Shown piece after piece: positions 31,221 to 40,569 of a DNA stretch of 64,000 nucleotides. A program made the position numbers and the translations under genes. The DNA is from Verrucomicrobiota bacterium. Its GTDB lineage: Bacteria; Verrucomicrobiota; Verrucomicrobiia; Chthoniobacterales; JACTMZ01. The stretch lies in contig JAQBWH010000002.1 in the NCBI GenBank assembly GCA_027624625.1, positions 24,271 through 88,270 of the forward strand, in the 5' to 3' direction. The stretch's first letter is position 1, and each line of letters opens with the position of its first letter. The notes below the pieces were generated by a model, which was not told where the DNA came from, made no database searches, and worked only from the letters and a program-made list of their open reading frames with translations.

Positions 31221-32003
31221 ATGAAAAAACTCCTCACCACCATCGCCCTCGCGGGCGCAATCATCACCGGCGCGCAAGCGCAGGGCATCATCATCTCCGA
31301 AATCAACTCCAACGGCACCGGAGGTGATTTCTTCGAGATCTACAACTACGGCGCGACGGCCGTGGAACTCGGCGGCTGGAAATGGGTCGACAATGCCAGT
31401 GCGGCCAATGGCGGCCCGTCCTTCAATGGCGCCCGCGCCTACGCCTTCGACGCGTTCAGCCTCAATCCCGGGGGCATTGCGCTGGTCCCCACCGATGCCG
31501 GCGGCAACGCGGCGGGCAATACCGCCTTTGCCACCTCCTGGGGACTGATCGGCGCGAATTTCCTTACCTTCAACACCGGCCTCGGCACCGGCAACGGTCT
31601 CGGAAAGAACGATCTTGTCGCTCTCTTCGACAGCGCTGGCGTTTTCCAAACCGGGCTCAACTACGGCACGGCTGCGGTCACCGTCACCAACGGCGATAAC
31701 ACCACTGTCTCGCTCGCTCCTTTCAACCGCGTCGGTGGCGGCACCAGCGCTGGCGGACACGCCGGTGCGGCCGGTGGTGGCGCGGCCGCGCAGTCGCTCA
31801 TCTGGGATCCCGCCTCGCCCGGCAACGCCCCGCTCTACACCGCAGCCTCGAGCGTCGGCCTCTACGGCTCTTTTGAAAATCCCAGCGACGCAGGGACCAT
31901 TGGTTCCCCCAGCGTTGTCCCCGAGCCCAGCACCTATGCCATGCTGGCCCTAGCCGGTATCGGTCTTGCCGCCTACCGCCTGCGCCGCCGCGCGCGCCGT
32001 TGA
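31221..32003 (+). CDS. PEP-CTERM protein with lamin-tail-like domain
   Basis: Signal peptide; IIISEINSN..DFFEIYNYG; VVPEPSTYAMLALAGIGLAAYRLRRR. Confidence 0.9.
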   Translation: MKKLLTTIALAGAIITGAQAQGIIISEINSNGTGGDFFEIYNYGATAVELGGWKWVDNASAANGGPSFNGARAYAFDAFSLNPGGIALVPTDAGGNAAGNTAFATSWGLIGANFLTFNTGLGTGNGLGKNDLVALFDSAGVFQTGLNYGTAAVTVTNGDNTTVSLAPFNRVGGGTSAGGHAGAAGGGAAAQSLIWDPASPGNAPLYTAASSVGLYGSFENPSDAGTIGSPSVVPEPSTYAMLALAGIGLAAYRLRRRARR

Positions 32004-32035
32004 TTTTATTCCCCGGGTTGGGTCACTCCGCAGCG

Positions 32036-32070
32036 CAGGCGCCTTCGCAAGGAGGCGCCTGTTTGCTTTC
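32036..32070 (+). terminator. Rho-independent terminator
   Basis: caggcgccttc-GCAA-ggaggcgcctg followed by tttgctttc. Confidence 0.8.
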
Positions 32071-32079
32071 GTTCAGAGG

Positions 32080-32187
32080 GTAGAGACGAGCAGCCCGCTC
32101 GTCCGCTCCCCAACTATTTGGTGAGCGAGTTTGCACGTGGCCAAGGGGGGCACGGACAGGACATCATCGGCAGGATGCCGATGCCAC
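32080..32187. repeat. REP-like palindromes
   Basis: GTAG-a-gacgagc-agccc-gctcgtc (32080-32103) and catcggca-gga-tgccgatg-ccac (32165-32187). Confidence 0.45.
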
Positions 32188-32264
32188 AATGGCTACAGCA
32201 AGGTGGATCGCGATGTCCCCATCGCGATAAATCGTGCAGACAAATCGCGTCGCTACAACCTCCC

Positions 32265-33005
32265 TCAACGCTCACGCTCCGCGAGATAAACCGTGCTCGA
32301 CGATTCGCACTCCAGCAACGGATTAGGGAAACGCACGGTTTCAACCCGCACGCGGCCGAAGACTTCACGCAATGCGGCAAGGAACACCTCATCCGCAGGG
32401 TCATCCGACCACATGGCGAAAATTCCGCCGGGATGCAACTGTGCGGCGAGCGCCCGCAAGCCCTCGGGCCGGTAAAATGCCGCATTTGTATCGTCCAGCA
32501 GATGGCGCGGGGAATGATCGATATCGAGCAAGACCGCATGCCACCGTGAGCCCGGCGCCCCCGGGTCGAAACCCCTTGCCGGATCTGCCGCACAGGCAAA
32601 AAAATCGGCATGGACAAACCGGCATCGCGCCTCGCCGGACAACTCCGCTCCAAGTGGCACGAGTCCGCGTTGGTGCCAACCGATGACCGGTTCGAGCGCT
32701 TCAATCACGGCCAGCGAACGCACTGCGGGATAGCGCAAAGCGGCTTGCGCGGTGTAACCCAAGCCCAGCCCGCCCACCACCACATCGAGCGGACCCTCGC
32801 GCCCGGCCAAGGGCAAATCGGCCAGCGCGACCTCCACGGCATGGAAGAGACTCGACATGAGAAAACCCCCGCCGAGCGTGACCTCGTAGACCTCGGCATC
32901 ATCCAATGCCGCGACCCGCCGCCGCCGCAAAGCCAGATCACCAATCGGCGTATGCTGGAAATCCAACTCTTCGAAAAAAGGTGTGCGTGGATGCTGAGCG
33001 GTCAT
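32265..33005 (-). CDS. Spermidine synthase-like SAM-dependent methyltransferase fold protein
   Basis: VVVGGLGLGYT motif I, LAVIE, HADFF, LLDIDHSP. ATG at 33005. Confidence 0.78.
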   Translation of the reverse strand: MTAQHPRTPFFEELDFQHTPIGDLALRRRRVAALDDAEVYEVTLGGGFLMSSLFHAVEVALADLPLAGREGPLDVVVGGLGLGYTAQAALRYPAVRSLAVIEALEPVIGWHQRGLVPLGAELSGEARCRFVHADFFACAADPARGFDPGAPGSRWHAVLLDIDHSPRHLLDDTNAAFYRPEGLRALAAQLHPGGIFAMWSDDPADEVFLAALREVFGRVRVETVRFPNPLLECESSSTVYLAERER

Positions 33006-33259
33006 GAACAAGGGCACCCTGACGGCTGGCCTACTTCGGTCCAAGACCGAATTACCCCGCGGCGGCCGGCTGTTTCGGCGGCGGTATTCTGCCTTGCTGC
33101 AGCGGGCATAGGTCTTTGTAATACTGAGTTCCACGTCGCAAGCCAGCCGGTCGCGCTCCCGCACGCCGAGGTTCGTGCAGTGTTTCAGGAGGATGCCGCG
33201 GCTTCGCGCCCCACCGCTTTGCCGCGGTAGCCGCGCCCGGCATGCGTCTTGATCGACCG

Positions 33260-34741
33260 ATGAATTTTCAGGATTTACCCAAAGATTGGTTCGGCAATGT
33301 CCCCAAGGACTTGGTGGCGGGCTTGGTCGTGGCCCTCGCCCTCATCCCCGAAGCGATCGCCTTCTCCATCATTGCCGGGGTTGATCCGCAAGTCGGCCTT
33401 TACGCCTCGTTTTGCATCGCGGTGGTCACGGCCTTTGCCGGCGGACGTCCGGCCCTGATCTCGGCCGCCACCGGTGCGATGGCCCTGCTCATGATCACAC
33501 TGGTGCGCGAACACGGATTGCAATACCTCCTCGCGGCCACCCTCCTTACCGGATTGCTGCAGATTGCGGCCGGTTTTCTGCGGCTTGGTGAGGCACTCAA
33601 ATACGTCTCGCGATCGGTCATGACCGGATTCGTCAACGCCCTGGCTATCCTCATCTTCATGGCCCAGCTGCCGGAACTGCGTGGCGTTGGATGGCTGACT
33701 TACGCCATGGTCGCCGCCGGCCTCGCCATCATCTACCTGCTTCCGCGCCTGACCAAGGCTGTCCCGTCGCCGCTGGTCTGCATCGTGGTGCTCACGGTCC
33801 TAGCGGTGTTCACCGGCATGGACCTGCGCACGGTGGGCGATATGGGCCAACTGCCCTCGACTTTGCCCATCTTTCTTTGGCCCCAAGTGCCGCTCAACCT
33901 CGAGACCCTGCTTATCATCCTGCCCTACGCCATCGGGCTGTCCATTGTCGGCCTGCTTGAGTCGGTCATGACCGCTTCGATTGTCGATGACCTCACCGAC
34001 ACCGACAGCAATAAGAACCGCGAGTGTATCGGGCAAGGTTGCGGCAACATCGTCGCCGGGCTCTTCGGCGGGATGGCCGGTTGCGCCATGATCGGCCAGA
34101 CGGTGATCAACGTGAAATCCGGCGGTCGCGGCCGGCTCTCCACCTTGGCCTCCGGTGTTTTCCTCATGGGGCTGATTGTGCTTGTCGGGCCCTACTTGAA
34201 ATTGATCCCCATGGCCGCGCTGGTCGCCGTCATGATCATGGTGTCAATCGGCACTTTCAGCTGGGCCTCGTTGCGCGACCTGCGGACCCACCCGAAGATG
34301 TCGAGCTTGATCATGGTCACCACGGTGGTGGCCGTGGTGCTGACCCACAATCTGGCCCTCGGTGTGGCCCTCGGCGTGTTGATGAGTTTGTTCTCTTTCG
34401 CCCGCAAAGCGGCCCTGCTTGTGCGGGTCGGAACCAAGCTCGACGACGGTGGTGAAGCGCGCACCTATTTTGTCGAAGGCAATCTCTTTTTTGTCTCCGC
34501 CGGCGCGTTCGGCCGCGCTTTCAATTTCCAGGAAGTTCTCAGCCGTGTGATCATCGACGTCTCACGCGCGCATTTTTGGGATATCAGCTCGGTGGCCGCC
34601 CTGGACAAAGTGGTGCTCAAGTTCCGTCGCGACGGTGCCCGGGTCGATGTTGTCGGCCTCAACGAGGCCAGTGCCACCTTGATCCGACGTGTTGCGGTGC
34701 ACGATAAAGCTGGCCCCTCGGCGGAACTGCCCCTCCACTGA
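33260..34741 (+). CDS. SulP (SLC26) family anion transporter with STAS domain
   Basis: [30 protein letters not shown]-terminal STAS ([13 protein letters not shown]). Confidence 0.92.
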   Translation: MNFQDLPKDWFGNVPKDLVAGLVVALALIPEAIAFSIIAGVDPQVGLYASFCIAVVTAFAGGRPALISAATGAMALLMITLVREHGLQYLLAATLLTGLLQIAAGFLRLGEALKYVSRSVMTGFVNALAILIFMAQLPELRGVGWLTYAMVAAGLAIIYLLPRLTKAVPSPLVCIVVLTVLAVFTGMDLRTVGDMGQLPSTLPIFLWPQVPLNLETLLIILPYAIGLSIVGLLESVMTASIVDDLTDTDSNKNRECIGQGCGNIVAGLFGGMAGCAMIGQTVINVKSGGRGRLSTLASGVFLMGLIVLVGPYLKLIPMAALVAVMIMVSIGTFSWASLRDLRTHPKMSSLIMVTTVVAVVLTHNLALGVALGVLMSLFSFARKAALLVRVGTKLDDGGEARTYFVEGNLFFVSAGAFGRAFNFQEVLSRVIIDVSRAHFWDISSVAALDKVVLKFRRDGARVDVVGLNEASATLIRRVAVHDKAGPSAELPLH

Positions 34742-34753
34742 ACCAATCTCCAC

Positions 34754-35608
34754 ATGCGTCATATCCTCACCTGCACGGACGGATCACCCTACGCCCGCAG
34801 TGTCTATGAACTCACGGCCTGGGCCGCACAGCGGCTCGATGCCGCGGTCCATGTCCTCCACATGCTCGACCCGCACCGCGAGCGAGCCGAGAGTGTCGAC
34901 TTGAGCGGCAACATCGGTGTCGATACCGCTCCGGCCTTGCTCCATGAATTGGTCGACCGCGAGGAAAGGCAAAACCGTCTGGCCCGCGAGCAAGGCAAGC
35001 AGGTCCTCGCCGGAGCCGAGCGGCAACTCACGGCCGCCGGGGTCTCCCGTCTCACCGTCGAGCAAAGGCACGGCGAGCTGGTTGAGACCGTCACGCGGCT
35101 CGAGGAAAAATCCGACCTCCTCATTCTCGGCAAGCGCGGACATGGTGCCGGCCACGCGCCCGGCCGACTCGGTTCGAATCTGGAACGTGTCATCCGCGCC
35201 AGCATCCGCCCGGTTTTCATCGCCGCGCGCGAATTTTCCCAGGTCGAGAGCTTCCTTCTCGCTTACGATGGTGGGCAAAGCATGGACAGGGCCCTCGCTT
35301 TTCTCGCGGCCCAGCCGCTCTTGCGCGGCCTCCATTGTCATCTGCTCCGTGCCGGCAAGATTGATGGCAAGGCCGAGCGTCTGACCTTGGAGGCTGCCGC
35401 CAAACTGCAGTATGCGGGCTACGAGGTGGAGGTCGCACTGGCCGCCGGCGATCCTGAAAAAGCCATCGCCGACCGCGTGGCGCGGCACCGGATCGGTGTC
35501 GTCCTGACGGGTGCCTACGGCCATTCGCGCATCCGGCAGTTGATCGTCGGCAGCACGACCACGGAGATCCTCCGCACCTGCCACGTGCCGGTGCTGATGT
35601 TCCGGTAG
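34754..35608 (+). CDS. Tandem universal stress protein
   Basis: ILTCTDGS, LLILGKRG, GSNLERV, GAYGHS, GSTTTEIL. Confidence 0.9.
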   Translation: MRHILTCTDGSPYARSVYELTAWAAQRLDAAVHVLHMLDPHRERAESVDLSGNIGVDTAPALLHELVDREERQNRLAREQGKQVLAGAERQLTAAGVSRLTVEQRHGELVETVTRLEEKSDLLILGKRGHGAGHAPGRLGSNLERVIRASIRPVFIAAREFSQVESFLLAYDGGQSMDRALAFLAAQPLLRGLHCHLLRAGKIDGKAERLTLEAAAKLQYAGYEVEVALAAGDPEKAIADRVARHRIGVVLTGAYGHSRIRQLIVGSTTTEILRTCHVPVLMFR

Positions 35609-35715
35609 AGCGATTCGCGGCCTTTTGACGCGAAAAGTTGCCGGTGCCACCGTGGCAACCGAGAGGCGGTTTGTTCGCTGCGCCGGCGTGATCACTTTTT
35701 TGGAGGTGTCGTCCC

Positions 35716-35904
35716 ATGACGCCAAAGAAACTCCTCGTAACGAGGCCCCGCAAAAATTACTGCCCGATACGCTCTGGTTCGCGCTATATTCCGGAACGGC
35801 AGGGCCGCGATGGTCTCGTTCCTCCGGCGGGCCCGTGTCTTGGCGAACCGGCGGAGCGCCTCCCGGGGCACGGTGCCCAGCCCGTCTTGCCGGCACAATC
35901 ATGA
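35716..35904 (+). CDS. Possible 62-aa upstream ORF coupled to prfC
   Basis: GGAGGT 8 nt before the ATG; its stop overlaps the prfC ATG (ATGA). No recognisable domain. Confidence 0.3.
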   Translation: MTPKKLLVTRPRKNYCPIRSGSRYIPERQGRDGLVPPAGPCLGEPAERLPGHGAQPVLPAQS

Positions 35905-37520
35905 GCGAGCACAGCGCAAACGAAAAGGCCGTCCGCGAAACCGCGCGGCGGCGCACTTTTGCCATCATTTCGCATCCGGACGCGGGCAAGACGACGCTGA
36001 CCGAAAAATTCCTGCTTTACGGCGGGGCGGTGCAATTGGCCGGCAGTGTGACGGCGCGCCGCAACCAGAGGTCCACGACAAGCGACTGGATGGAACTGGA
36101 AAAGCAGCGCGGTATTTCGGTGTCCTCCACCGTGCTGCAGTTCGACTACGACGGCTACGTGGTCAACCTGCTCGACACCCCGGGCCACCAGGATTTCTCC
36201 GAGGACACCTACCGGGTGCTCACGGCCGTCGATGCCGCGGTCATGGTCATCGATGCGGCCAAAGGCATCGAGCCACAGACCCGCAAGCTTTTCGAAGTCT
36301 GCCGCCGCCGCGGGGTGCCGATTTTCACCTTCATCAACAAGCTCGACCGCCCGGCCCGCGCGCCGCTCGCCTTGCTCGACGAATTGGAGACCGTGCTCGG
36401 CATCCATGCCGCACCATGCAACTGGCCGCTTGGTGATGGCCCGGAATTTCGCGGGGTCTATGACAGAATTTCCGGCGAAGTTCACCTTTTCGAGAAAACC
36501 CCGCAAGGTGCCTTCCGCGCGCCGGAAAAAGTGGCGGGGGCGGACGACGAACTGGTGCGGAAGGTGCTGGCGCCCGATGTGCATGCGCGTTTCCTCGAGG
36601 AGATAGACTTGTTGGACGGCGCCGGGGCGGGCTTTGATCTCGAGGCGCTACGTGCCGGACGGCAGACCGCGGTTTTCTTCGGCAGCGCGATGAACAACTT
36701 CGGGGTGCGTCTTCTCCTCGACCGCTTTCTCGAATTCGCCCCGCCGCCGGCCGGGCGCGTGGCGGCCTGCGGTCCGGTCGACCCGTCGGCCCCTCCCTTT
36801 TCCGGCTTCGTCTTCAAAGTGCAGGCCAACATGAACCCGCGCCATCGCGACCGGGTCGCCTTCGTCCGGATTGTTTCCGGCCGTTTCCGGCGCGACATGA
36901 CGGCGCACAATCCCCGCACCGGGCGCGATCTGCGTTTGTCCAACGCGCAGCGGTTGTTCGCCCGCGAACGCGAGACGGTGGACGACGCATGGCCCGGCGA
37001 CGTGGTGGGTCTGGTTGGAAACTATGACATCCAGATCGGCGATACGCTGAGCGAAGACGCGACGGTTGTCTTCCACGAGATCCCGCGCTTCCCGCCGGAG
37101 TGTTTTGCCTCGGTGCACTGCTCCACTTCGGCCATGCAGAAACGTTTCCGGGCCGGTCTCGACCAACTGCTCAAAGAAGGTGTGGCCCAGCGCTTTCATC
37201 CGGAAGGTGCGGTCACGGCGGCGCCGCTGCTCGGGGCGGTCGGACCTCTGCAATTCGATGTGTTGCGTCACCGGTTGTTGTCCGAATACGGCGCCGAGTG
37301 CCGCCTCGAGACGGCAAGTTGGAACCTGGTCCGCTGGTTGCCGGCCATGACCGCTTTGGAGAATTCGCTCTTGATGCTCCCGACCGGTGTGGTGCGGGCC
37401 AGCGATGAGGACAACCGTACTGTGCTCCTTTTCGACAGTGCATGGGCTTTGCGCTATTTCACGGAGAAACACGCTCACATCACGCTAGCCGAGACTGCAC
37501 CGCAGGGGCCGGGTGGGTGA
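35901..37520 (+). CDS. prfC: Peptide chain release factor 3
   Basis: RRTFAIISHPDAGKTT, SDWMELEKQRGISV, DTPGHQDFSED, NKLD, GAVGPLQF. Confidence 0.96.
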   Translation: MSEHSANEKAVRETARRRTFAIISHPDAGKTTLTEKFLLYGGAVQLAGSVTARRNQRSTTSDWMELEKQRGISVSSTVLQFDYDGYVVNLLDTPGHQDFSEDTYRVLTAVDAAVMVIDAAKGIEPQTRKLFEVCRRRGVPIFTFINKLDRPARAPLALLDELETVLGIHAAPCNWPLGDGPEFRGVYDRISGEVHLFEKTPQGAFRAPEKVAGADDELVRKVLAPDVHARFLEEIDLLDGAGAGFDLEALRAGRQTAVFFGSAMNNFGVRLLLDRFLEFAPPPAGRVAACGPVDPSAPPFSGFVFKVQANMNPRHRDRVAFVRIVSGRFRRDMTAHNPRTGRDLRLSNAQRLFARERETVDDAWPGDVVGLVGNYDIQIGDTLSEDATVVFHEIPRFPPECFASVHCSTSAMQKRFRAGLDQLLKEGVAQRFHPEGAVTAAPLLGAVGPLQFDVLRHRLLSEYGAECRLETASWNLVRWLPAMTALENSLLMLPTGVVRASDEDNRTVLLFDSAWALRYFTEKHAHITLAETAPQGPGG

Positions 37521-37588
37521 CCCGCGGCAGTCGGGACGCAACACCATGGCTGAGGAGACCGGGGCAGGCCAATAAGCCGCGGCTTTTT

Positions 37589-37605
37589 GTGACCAAATCT
37601 TCACA
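37589..37605 (+). promoter_or_regulatory. Candidate Pho box upstream of structured RNA
   Basis: GTGACC-aaatc-TTCACA followed by atttcccctttg, near-identical to the flank at 42650. Confidence 0.65.
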
Positions 37606-37693
37606 ATTTCCCCTTTGGAGAGTTGGCCCCGGTACGCTTTGCTTTCCTCCTATTCCCGCGGGCCTCCTGTCCGCGGAATTTTCCGGGGGGAAA

Positions 37694-37723
37694 AATGAAG
37701 GGTGCCGCAAGGTGCCCTTCATT
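37694..37723. terminator. 13-bp hairpin (leader hairpin on +, or terminator on -)
   Basis: aatgaagggtgcc-GCAA-ggtgcccttcatt. Two G-U pairs favour +; the A-run before it gives a U tract on -. Confidence 0.55.
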
Positions 37724-37902
37724 GCTCCTCCTGCGGAACGCATCAAGGGATGGCTGGTGCCAACCTCCACTTCCTGCTTCGCCGTGACAAGTCCCCGGCC
37801 CTGGCGAGACCGGTTTTACTTCAAAACCAGGGATTTGGCCTCCCGCTGAGCCTGGCGCCGAAGTGCGGCGCAGCAGCTTGATTTCGGCGGAGCGGGAGAA
37901 AT
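37724..37902 (+). ncRNA. 6S-like rod-shaped ncRNA candidate
   Basis: Nested helices gctcc/ggagc, atcaag/cttgat, gctg/cagc, cgcc/ggcg, ggcc/ggcc, ccctgg/ccaggg, apical ggtttt/aaaacc; pyrimidine-rich 5' bubble opposite hairpin gcgccg/cggcgc. Confidence 0.55.
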
Positions 37903-37919
37903 CCCGTCGGTCCCTTTTT

Positions 37920-37936
37920 GTTGCGGCTTTGTCACA
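37920..37936 (+). promoter_or_regulatory. Weak candidate Pho box upstream of ppk2
   Basis: GTTGCG-gcttt-GTCACA; first half degenerate. Confidence 0.4.
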
Positions 37937-37981
37937 TTCCTGTGCTTGGCCTCCGCGTGGCAGACGCGCATTTTGAGGAGG

Positions 37982-38893
37982 ATGCCCGAGCGCACCACCG
38001 ACGACCGACTTTTGGCGGAAACCATCCGCAGCGAGATGCTGGAGGACATCGACGAGGAGCTGGAGTTGGAGATGGAGGAAGTCCGTTCCGAGGGCTCACG
38101 GGAGGGCGGTGACCACTCGCGCCGGTTCCGCCGCCAATACTTCCGCGAATTGTTCCGGCTGCAAACCGAGTTGGTCGCCCTGCAGGACTGGGTGGTCGCG
38201 ACCGGTCAAAAAATCGTCATCCTTTTCGAGGGCCGCGATGCCGCGGGCAAAGGCGGCACGATCAAGCGTTTCACCCAGCGTCTCAACCCGCGGGTTTGCC
38301 GCGTCGCCGCCTTACCCGCACCGAGCAGCCGCGAACGCACCCAATGGTATTTCCAGCGCTACGTGGCCTATCTTCCGGCCGCCGGCGAAATCGTCCTTTT
38401 CGACCGCAGTTGGTACAACCGCGCCGGTGTCGAGCATGTCATGGGTTTCTGCAGCGACGAGGAATACAAAGGTTTTTTTCGCGATGTGCCCGAGTTCGAG
38501 CGCATGCTGGTGCGCTCCGGCATCCGCCTGGTCAAGTATTGGTTCTCCATCACCGACGCCGAGCAAGAACAGCGTTTTCTGGCCCGCATTCACGATCCGC
38601 TCAAGCAGTGGAAGCTCAGTCCGATGGACCTCGAATCGCGGGCGCGCTGGGAGGACTACACCGTGGCCAAGGAGATCATGCTCCAGCGCACCAGCATTCC
38701 CGAGGCTCCGTGGTGGGTGGTCCCGGCGGTGGACAAAAAGAAAGCGCGCCTCAACTGCCTCGACCATCTCATCTCGCTCCTCCCTTACACCGAGACCCCG
38801 CACCAACCGGTTGTTCTGCCCCCTCGCCACCACCATGAGGACTACCACCGGCACCCGGTGCCGGAGGACATGATCGTGCCGCAAAAATACTGA
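37982..38893 (+). CDS. ppk2: Polyphosphate kinase 2
   Basis: FEGRDAAGKGG, WYFQRY, FDRSWYNRAGVE, WKLSPMD. Confidence 0.95.
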   Translation: MPERTTDDRLLAETIRSEMLEDIDEELELEMEEVRSEGSREGGDHSRRFRRQYFRELFRLQTELVALQDWVVATGQKIVILFEGRDAAGKGGTIKRFTQRLNPRVCRVAALPAPSSRERTQWYFQRYVAYLPAAGEIVLFDRSWYNRAGVEHVMGFCSDEEYKGFFRDVPEFERMLVRSGIRLVKYWFSITDAEQEQRFLARIHDPLKQWKLSPMDLESRARWEDYTVAKEIMLQRTSIPEAPWWVVPAVDKKKARLNCLDHLISLLPYTETPHQPVVLPPRHHHEDYHRHPVPEDMIVPQKY

Positions 38894-39021
38894 ACCTTTG
38901 GGCCCGTGGCCGCGAGCGTCGCCGGACTTCCTTACCGTGAACCTCCTTCTGCTGCAAAACATGTCAAAACTCTCACCTTCCCGTTCTTGCTCTCGCCGGC
39001 CAAACCTCTGATCTGCTTCCC

Positions 39022-40521
39022 ATGGAATTTCTCGCCACCGCCTTCACTGATCCGACCTTCCTGACTTACTTTCTGCTCGCCCTCGCTGTGGGTCTTGCCC
39101 TTGGTTTCGAGTTCGTCAACGGCTTCCACGACACGGCCAACGCGGTTGCTACGGTCATCTACACACACACCTTGAAGCCTACGCCTGCCGTGGTCTGGTC
39201 CGGCATCTGGAATCTCATCGGCGTGCTCACCTCTTCCGGCGCGGTCGCCTTCGGCATTGTCGAACTGCTGCCGGTCGAACTGGTCATCAACATCGGGTCT
39301 TCCGCCGGTTTTGCCATGGTCTTCTCCCTCCTCGTCTCGGCCATCATGTGGAATATCGGGACCTGGTATCTCGGATTGCCCGCTTCCAGTTCGCACACGC
39401 TTATCGGCTCCATCCTCGGCGTCGGCTTGGCCAACGCGCTGATGGGTCCGGATCATTCGGTGACCGACGGTGTCAACTGGGCCAAGGCGCAGGAAGTCGG
39501 CCTCGGCTTGCTCATTTCGCCGGTCGTCGGTTTTGTCGCTGCCGCCCTGTTGCTCATCACGCTGAAGATTCTCGTGCGCAAGCCCGAACTCTACCGCGCG
39601 CCGGTGGGCAAGACCCCGCCGCCTCTCTGGATCCGCGGGATCCTCATGTTGACCTGCACCGGGGTAAGTTTCGCCCACGGGTCGAACGATGGACAAAAAG
39701 GTATGGGGCTCATCGTCCTCATTCTCGTCGGGATCCTGCCCGGCACCTACGCGCTGAAAATGTCGGCCGATCACGAAACCGTGGCCGGCCTCTCGGCCGA
39801 AGCCGCGCAATTGTCGTCCGTCTTTGCTGCCGAGTCCGATGGGTCTGTCATCCGCGGCCGGGAGGCCAACGATAAGCTCGCCGCCTTTCTCAAGCCGAGC
39901 GGCCAGCCATCGGCCGAAATCTTCGCCGCGCTGGCCGGGGCAACGGCTGACATCAGTGTGCGGCTCAAAAATGCCGAAACATTCCAAGCCCTGCCAGCGA
40001 GCGACCGCGGCGGTGTGCGCACCGACCTTTATCTCGTTTCCAAAACCATCGCCAAACTCGACAAGGCCGGCCGTCTCGCCCTCGACCCGGAAGTCCGTGC
40101 GGCTGAGCAGGCTTTGGGTAAGCATGCCGACGCTTTGACCAATTACATCCCCGATTGGGTCAAATACGCCGTGGCCCTCTCGCTCGGTCTCGGCACGATG
40201 ATCGGCTACAAGCGCATCGTCAAAACGGTCGGCGAAAAAATCGGCAAGGACCACCTCACTTATGGTCAGGGCGCCTCGGCCGAGGCGGTGGCCATGGGCA
40301 CAATCATGGTGGCCGATCACTTCGGCCTCCCGGTCAGCACGACCCACGTGCTTTCCTCCGGCATCGCCGGCACCATGGCGGCTAACAATTCCGGCCTGCA
40401 GATGGCAACGGTGCGCAATATTCTCATGGCCTGGGTGCTCACCCTGCCGGTGTGCATTTTCCTCGGGGCCTTGCTTTTCGCCGGGGCGCTCAATGCCATC
40501 GCCCTGCTCGGGTTCCGCTGA
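39022..40521 (+). CDS. PiT family inorganic phosphate transporter
   Basis: NGFHDTANAVAT, PASSSH, AHGSNDGQK, PVSTTHVLSSGIAG. Confidence 0.93.
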   Translation: MEFLATAFTDPTFLTYFLLALAVGLALGFEFVNGFHDTANAVATVIYTHTLKPTPAVVWSGIWNLIGVLTSSGAVAFGIVELLPVELVINIGSSAGFAMVFSLLVSAIMWNIGTWYLGLPASSSHTLIGSILGVGLANALMGPDHSVTDGVNWAKAQEVGLGLLISPVVGFVAAALLLITLKILVRKPELYRAPVGKTPPPLWIRGILMLTCTGVSFAHGSNDGQKGMGLIVLILVGILPGTYALKMSADHETVAGLSAEAAQLSSVFAAESDGSVIRGREANDKLAAFLKPSGQPSAEIFAALAGATADISVRLKNAETFQALPASDRGGVRTDLYLVSKTIAKLDKAGRLALDPEVRAAEQALGKHADALTNYIPDWVKYAVALSLGLGTMIGYKRIVKTVGEKIGKDHLTYGQGASAEAVAMGTIMVADHFGLPVSTTHVLSSGIAGTMAANNSGLQMATVRNILMAWVLTLPVCIFLGALLFAGALNAIALLGFR

Positions 40522-40569
40522 CCGGTATTCGGGCAGAAGAAGCGAAAAGCAAGATCATCGCCTGGCAGC

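Noticed and set aside
33005-33240. Fragments YRGKAVG (GNAT-like) and RLACD (ferredoxin-like) on the minus strand
   Set aside because: Different frames, short, and no supporting residues.
37695-37787. 30-codon ORF MKGAARCPSLLLL... after a G-run
   Set aside because: Its start is buried in a 13-bp stem and it overlaps the structured RNA; no protein features.
37880-37915. tmRNA-like CGACGGGATTT on the minus strand
   Set aside because: Lacks the GGGG 5' acceptor stem, T-arm/CCA end and tag reading frame.
38961-38977. ATGTCA/CTCACC 11-bp pair upstream of the PiT gene
   Set aside because: Too degenerate to call by eye; needs a position-weight-matrix score.
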